Source: Paragordius varius (lineage: Eukaryota > Animalia > Nematomorpha). Taken from it: DNA of 64,000 bases. The stretch lies in assembly GCA_964247055.1 (NCBI GenBank), contig OZ176059.1, positions 620,001-684,000 on the forward strand. Reading direction: 5' to 3'. Shown piece by piece: positions 63,501 to 64,000 of this stretch. Within the stretch, counting starts at the first letter, position 1. The number at the start of each line of letters is the position of its first letter. Under the pieces are notes generated by a model. It searched no databases. It was not told where the DNA came from and saw only the letters and a program-made list of their open reading frames with translations. A program made the translations under genes and the position numbers.

Positions 63501-63692
63501 AAAACGATTACTTATGTTTACTTTTTTAAAATATTAGCACCTCGAGTTTCGCCTTCAGTTATAAGTACCCTTAAGCCACTATACCAGGTAATGCAAACAC
63601 CAATTCCGTCTCGCATTCAACCAGCAATTTGTGATATTAATGGATCTCAAAGACCTTATCCGGATCCACGAACACGTTCTTGTACATGTAAA
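24764..63692 (+). CDS. HSPG2: Perlecan (basement-membrane heparan sulfate proteoglycan; trol/unc-52 orthologue), 5' portion, continues off the right edge
   Basis: About 31 exons join in frame (5370 nt = 1790 aa): signal peptide, [16 protein letters not shown] site, SEA, LDLa x5, Ig ([28 protein letters not shown]...[24 protein letters not shown], matching the perlecan Ig1 pattern), laminin-B ([15 protein letters not shown]) and laminin-EGF repeats. The domain order is diagnostic of perlecan. Confidence 0.95.
24935..25073 (+). CDS. HSPG2: Perlecan exon 2 (basic N-terminus, acidic SG glycosaminoglycan attachment site)
   Basis: ctag|ATC ATT TTG GCG; [46 protein letters not shown]; donor G|GTATTT. 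Confidence 0.85.
28311..28479 (+). CDS. HSPG2: Perlecan exon 3 (SEA domain, N-half)
   Basis: [57 protein letters not shown]; phases 1 to 2. Confidence 0.88.
29340..30545 (-). mobile_element. 5'-truncated, decayed non-LTR retrotransposon (RTE-clade-like LINE), reverse transcriptase and C-terminal region
   Basis: Minus-strand translation: [14 protein letters not shown]...[21 protein letters not shown]...LLYANDLIL (YADD degenerate), then [15 protein letters not shown] and [31 protein letters not shown]; contains stops and frameshifts. Confidence 0.88.
30697..30875. mobile_element. Family C Tc1/mariner-like MITE (TA|CAGTATGCATTT...GCTTATTTCACAC TIR)
   Basis: Long imperfect TIRs; related copy at ~1448-1592 lacks the outer left end. 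Confidence 0.75.
31114..31280 (+). CDS. HSPG2: Perlecan exon 4 (SEA domain, C-half)
   Basis: [55 protein letters not shown]; phases 2 to 1. Confidence 0.88.
33220..33580. mobile_element. Family A MITE (opposite orientation to 2141-2526)
   Basis: Same TIRs and core; ~5 left and 3 right subterminal units. Confidence 0.85.
33704..35465 (+). mobile_element. Non-autonomous Helitron-like element with internal ~330-bp tandem array
   Basis: 5' a|TCTATATCTATATATTTATAAAAATG; 3' GC-rich GCGAAGCGTGACAGGGCCAG followed by a degenerate CTAG-like end; the first ~350 bp are homologous to the reverse complement of 20150-20505. Confidence 0.6.
34120..35110. repeat. Degenerate tandem array, period ~330 bp, ~3 units
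   Basis: Marker CCRYCATATC at ~34229, ~34559, ~34888; GCTACCCGC-type motif at ~34210, 34540, 34867, 35011. Confidence 0.8.
36443..36636. mobile_element. Family B Tc1/mariner-like MITE
   Basis: TA|CAGTATGAGTAAG...TTACTCATACTG|TA. Confidence 0.85.
39031..40648 (+). CDS. HSPG2: Putative alternative first (or extended) perlecan exon: signal-like segment, ~500-aa basic region, then LDLa1
   Basis: ORF 39001-40731 is stop-free in ~70% AT sequence; ATG 39031; hydrophobic [20 protein letters not shown]; ends with LDLa [36 protein letters not shown] and donor C|GTAAGC (phase 1). Confidence 0.75.
40538..40648 (+). CDS. HSPG2: Perlecan LDLa1 as used by the SEA-containing isoform (internal acceptor)
   Basis: The nearest phase-1 AG upstream of the LDLa is aaattaaag|CT TGT CCT; it is a weak acceptor and is inferred. 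Confidence 0.55.
43083..43208 (+). CDS. HSPG2: Perlecan exon, extra LDLa (LDLa2)
   Basis: [35 protein letters not shown]; phase 1-1. Confidence 0.9.
44148..44447. mobile_element. Family A MITE
   Basis: Same TIRs and core. Confidence 0.8.
44873..45010 (+). CDS. HSPG2: Perlecan linker exon (acidic)
   Basis: ccacag|AT TTC GAA ... GTT G|GTAAAA; phase 1-1. Confidence 0.75.
45190..45678 (+). CDS. HSPG2: Perlecan Thr/Ser-rich linker exon
   Basis: cttcag|AT ATG ... GAA G|GTATAT; ORF 45192-45782. Confidence 0.8.
46366..46442 (+). CDS. HSPG2: Perlecan exon, start of inserted Ig domain A
   Basis: [26 protein letters not shown]; phases 1 to 0. Confidence 0.75.
46923..47244 (+). CDS. HSPG2: Perlecan exon, inserted Ig domain A
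   Basis: [11 protein letters not shown]...[19 protein letters not shown]...VTLRV; phases 0 to 1. Confidence 0.85.
47565..47612. repeat. (AT)n microsatellite
   Basis: Direct reading; other (AT)n tracts at ~8316-8345, 9482-9506, 16852-16882, 33574-33596, 41041-41072, 48520-48587. Confidence 0.95.
47699..48086 (+). CDS. HSPG2: Perlecan His/Gln/Pro/Thr-rich linker exon
   Basis: ORF 47698-48108; ttttag|TG ... AG|GTATGT. Confidence 0.8.
48113..48470. mobile_element. Family A MITE
   Basis: Same TIRs and core. More degenerate copies at ~955-1200, ~4530-4660, ~20520-20790, ~40673-40900, ~55195-55370. Confidence 0.85.
48639..48798 (+). CDS. HSPG2: Perlecan exon, linker and start of inserted Ig domain B
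   Basis: ...[15 protein letters not shown]|; phases 2 to 0. Confidence 0.8.
49365..49964 (+). CDS. HSPG2: Perlecan exon, inserted Ig domain B plus linker
   Basis: [10 protein letters not shown]...IDWIRLSG...[20 protein letters not shown]...VVTLRV; phase 0-0. Confidence 0.88.
50531..50681 (+). CDS. HSPG2: Perlecan linker exon
   Basis: atttag|ATT CTT CAT ... CCC A|GTAATA; open in the required frame, phases 0 to 1. Confidence 0.7.
51495..51772. mobile_element. hAT-superfamily MITE (family E) with 8-bp TSD
   Basis: TIR CAAGGGTGTCCAACAC / GTGTTGGATACCCCTG flanked by an exact ATTTATAC duplication; internal GCGGCCCGC-like motifs. Related copies ~16775-17060, ~21121-21361, ~23342-23630, ~50137-50400, ~54445-54700. 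Confidence 0.92.
51833..52022 (+). CDS. HSPG2: Perlecan linker exon
   Basis: ctag|AT GTT ... TAT AG|GTAAAT; phases 1 to 2 bridge to the LDLa3 exon. Confidence 0.78.
52271..52377 (+). CDS. HSPG2: Perlecan LDLa3
   Basis: [35 protein letters not shown]. Confidence 0.92.
52566..52601 (+). CDS. HSPG2: Candidate 36-nt symmetric microexon ([11 protein letters not shown])
   Basis: tattttag|CT GGT GGT GGT ... AAA G|GTAAAT; phase 1-1; GC-rich island in an AT-rich intron. Confidence 0.6.
55850..55969 (+). CDS. HSPG2: Perlecan LDLa4
   Basis: [35 protein letters not shown]. Confidence 0.93.
56459..56631 (+). CDS. HSPG2: Perlecan LDLa5 and start of canonical Ig1
   Basis: [41 protein letters not shown]. 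Confidence 0.93.
56989..57160 (+). CDS. HSPG2: Perlecan canonical Ig1
   Basis: [31 protein letters not shown]...VRESDQ. Confidence 0.92.
57779..57985 (+). CDS. HSPG2: Perlecan end of Ig1 plus linker
   Basis: [25 protein letters not shown]; the 3' boundary (G|GTTGTG) is a weak donor chosen for phase compatibility. Confidence 0.75.
58515..58636 (+). CDS. HSPG2: Perlecan domain III start (partial laminin-EGF)
   Basis: [34 protein letters not shown]. Confidence 0.9.
58725..60119 (+). CDS. HSPG2: Perlecan laminin-B (domain IV) module, exons 58725-58843, 59135-59288, 59711-59794, 59980-60119
   Basis: In-frame join; [55 protein letters not shown]. Confidence 0.9.
60377..63692 (+). CDS. HSPG2: Perlecan laminin-EGF repeats, exons 60377-60488, 60588-60704, 60985-61112, 62342-62490, 63538-63692
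   Basis: [16 protein letters not shown]|KCSEGF...[18 protein letters not shown]|[22 protein letters not shown]...CACP...NFSPTC...[21 protein letters not shown]...CDINGS...CTCK. Confidence 0.92.
61539..61950. mobile_element. Degenerate hAT (Charlie-like) MITE
   Basis: Left end CAGTGGTTCCCAACCTTTTT; right end not clearly identified. Confidence 0.45.
62511..62800. mobile_element. Family F MITE, 20 nt after a perlecan donor site
   Basis: Same TIR and core as 5133-5389. Confidence 0.8.
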
Positions 63693-64000
63693 GTATGCTA
63701 CCTTTACTACAATATAAAAGTAAATGTTATAAACTTGGTGCAGACTAAAGAGTAAAAATATATTTTTTCGGTATTATAATGATTTAACTATTTTAGGGTT
63801 AATCATGCAATTAGTATATTTCATCCGTAAAAACGTATTGTTGCATCTTTTTCAATATTAAACTTAAGCATGGCAAAATAGTTAATCCATTTTAGTTTCT
63901 CAATTTATTCGTGCATTTAAATTTGAATTAACAACATTATGCAAGGTTAAGTTGATTCTTCTAATAATATAATCAATTCATTTCACACCACCTCATTCTT

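Noticed and set aside
1-64000. tRNA, rRNA, snRNA genes or an intact transposase
   Set aside because: None recognised by eye; short structured RNAs cannot be excluded without tRNAscan-SE/Infernal.

Overview
Very AT-rich, intron-rich animal (invertebrate) genomic DNA; no prokaryotic features. By manual splicing (GT-AG sites, intron phases checked for frame consistency) I find three protein-coding genes. (1) A minus-strand PH + RhoGAP gene, ARAP/RhoGAP15B-like, ~7022 down to 514, running off the left edge. (2) A complete 6-exon secreted serpin, + strand, 11034-17942, ~689 aa, P1 Arg, with large loop insertions. (3) The 5' part of a perlecan (HSPG2/trol/unc-52) gene, + strand, from 24764 to beyond the right edge: signal peptide, SG glycosaminoglycan site, SEA, 5 LDLa, 3 Ig, laminin-B and laminin-EGF modules, ~1790 aa in the window. 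The most unusual item is a 1.6-kb open exon inside the largest perlecan intron. It has its own signal-peptide-like segment, encodes ~500 highly basic residues and reads directly into LDLa1, suggesting an alternative N-terminus without the heparan-sulfate site. Other candidates are an ~880-aa lineage-specific insert in perlecan domain II, several microexons or poison exons, and a possible 21-nt intron in the RhoGAP gene. Introns and intergenic DNA are packed with non-autonomous DNA transposons (Tc1/mariner-like, hAT, a foldback-like family, a Helitron-like element with an internal tandem array) and one decayed RTE-clade LINE. Exon coordinates were counted by hand; repeat boundaries are approximate unless stated otherwise.
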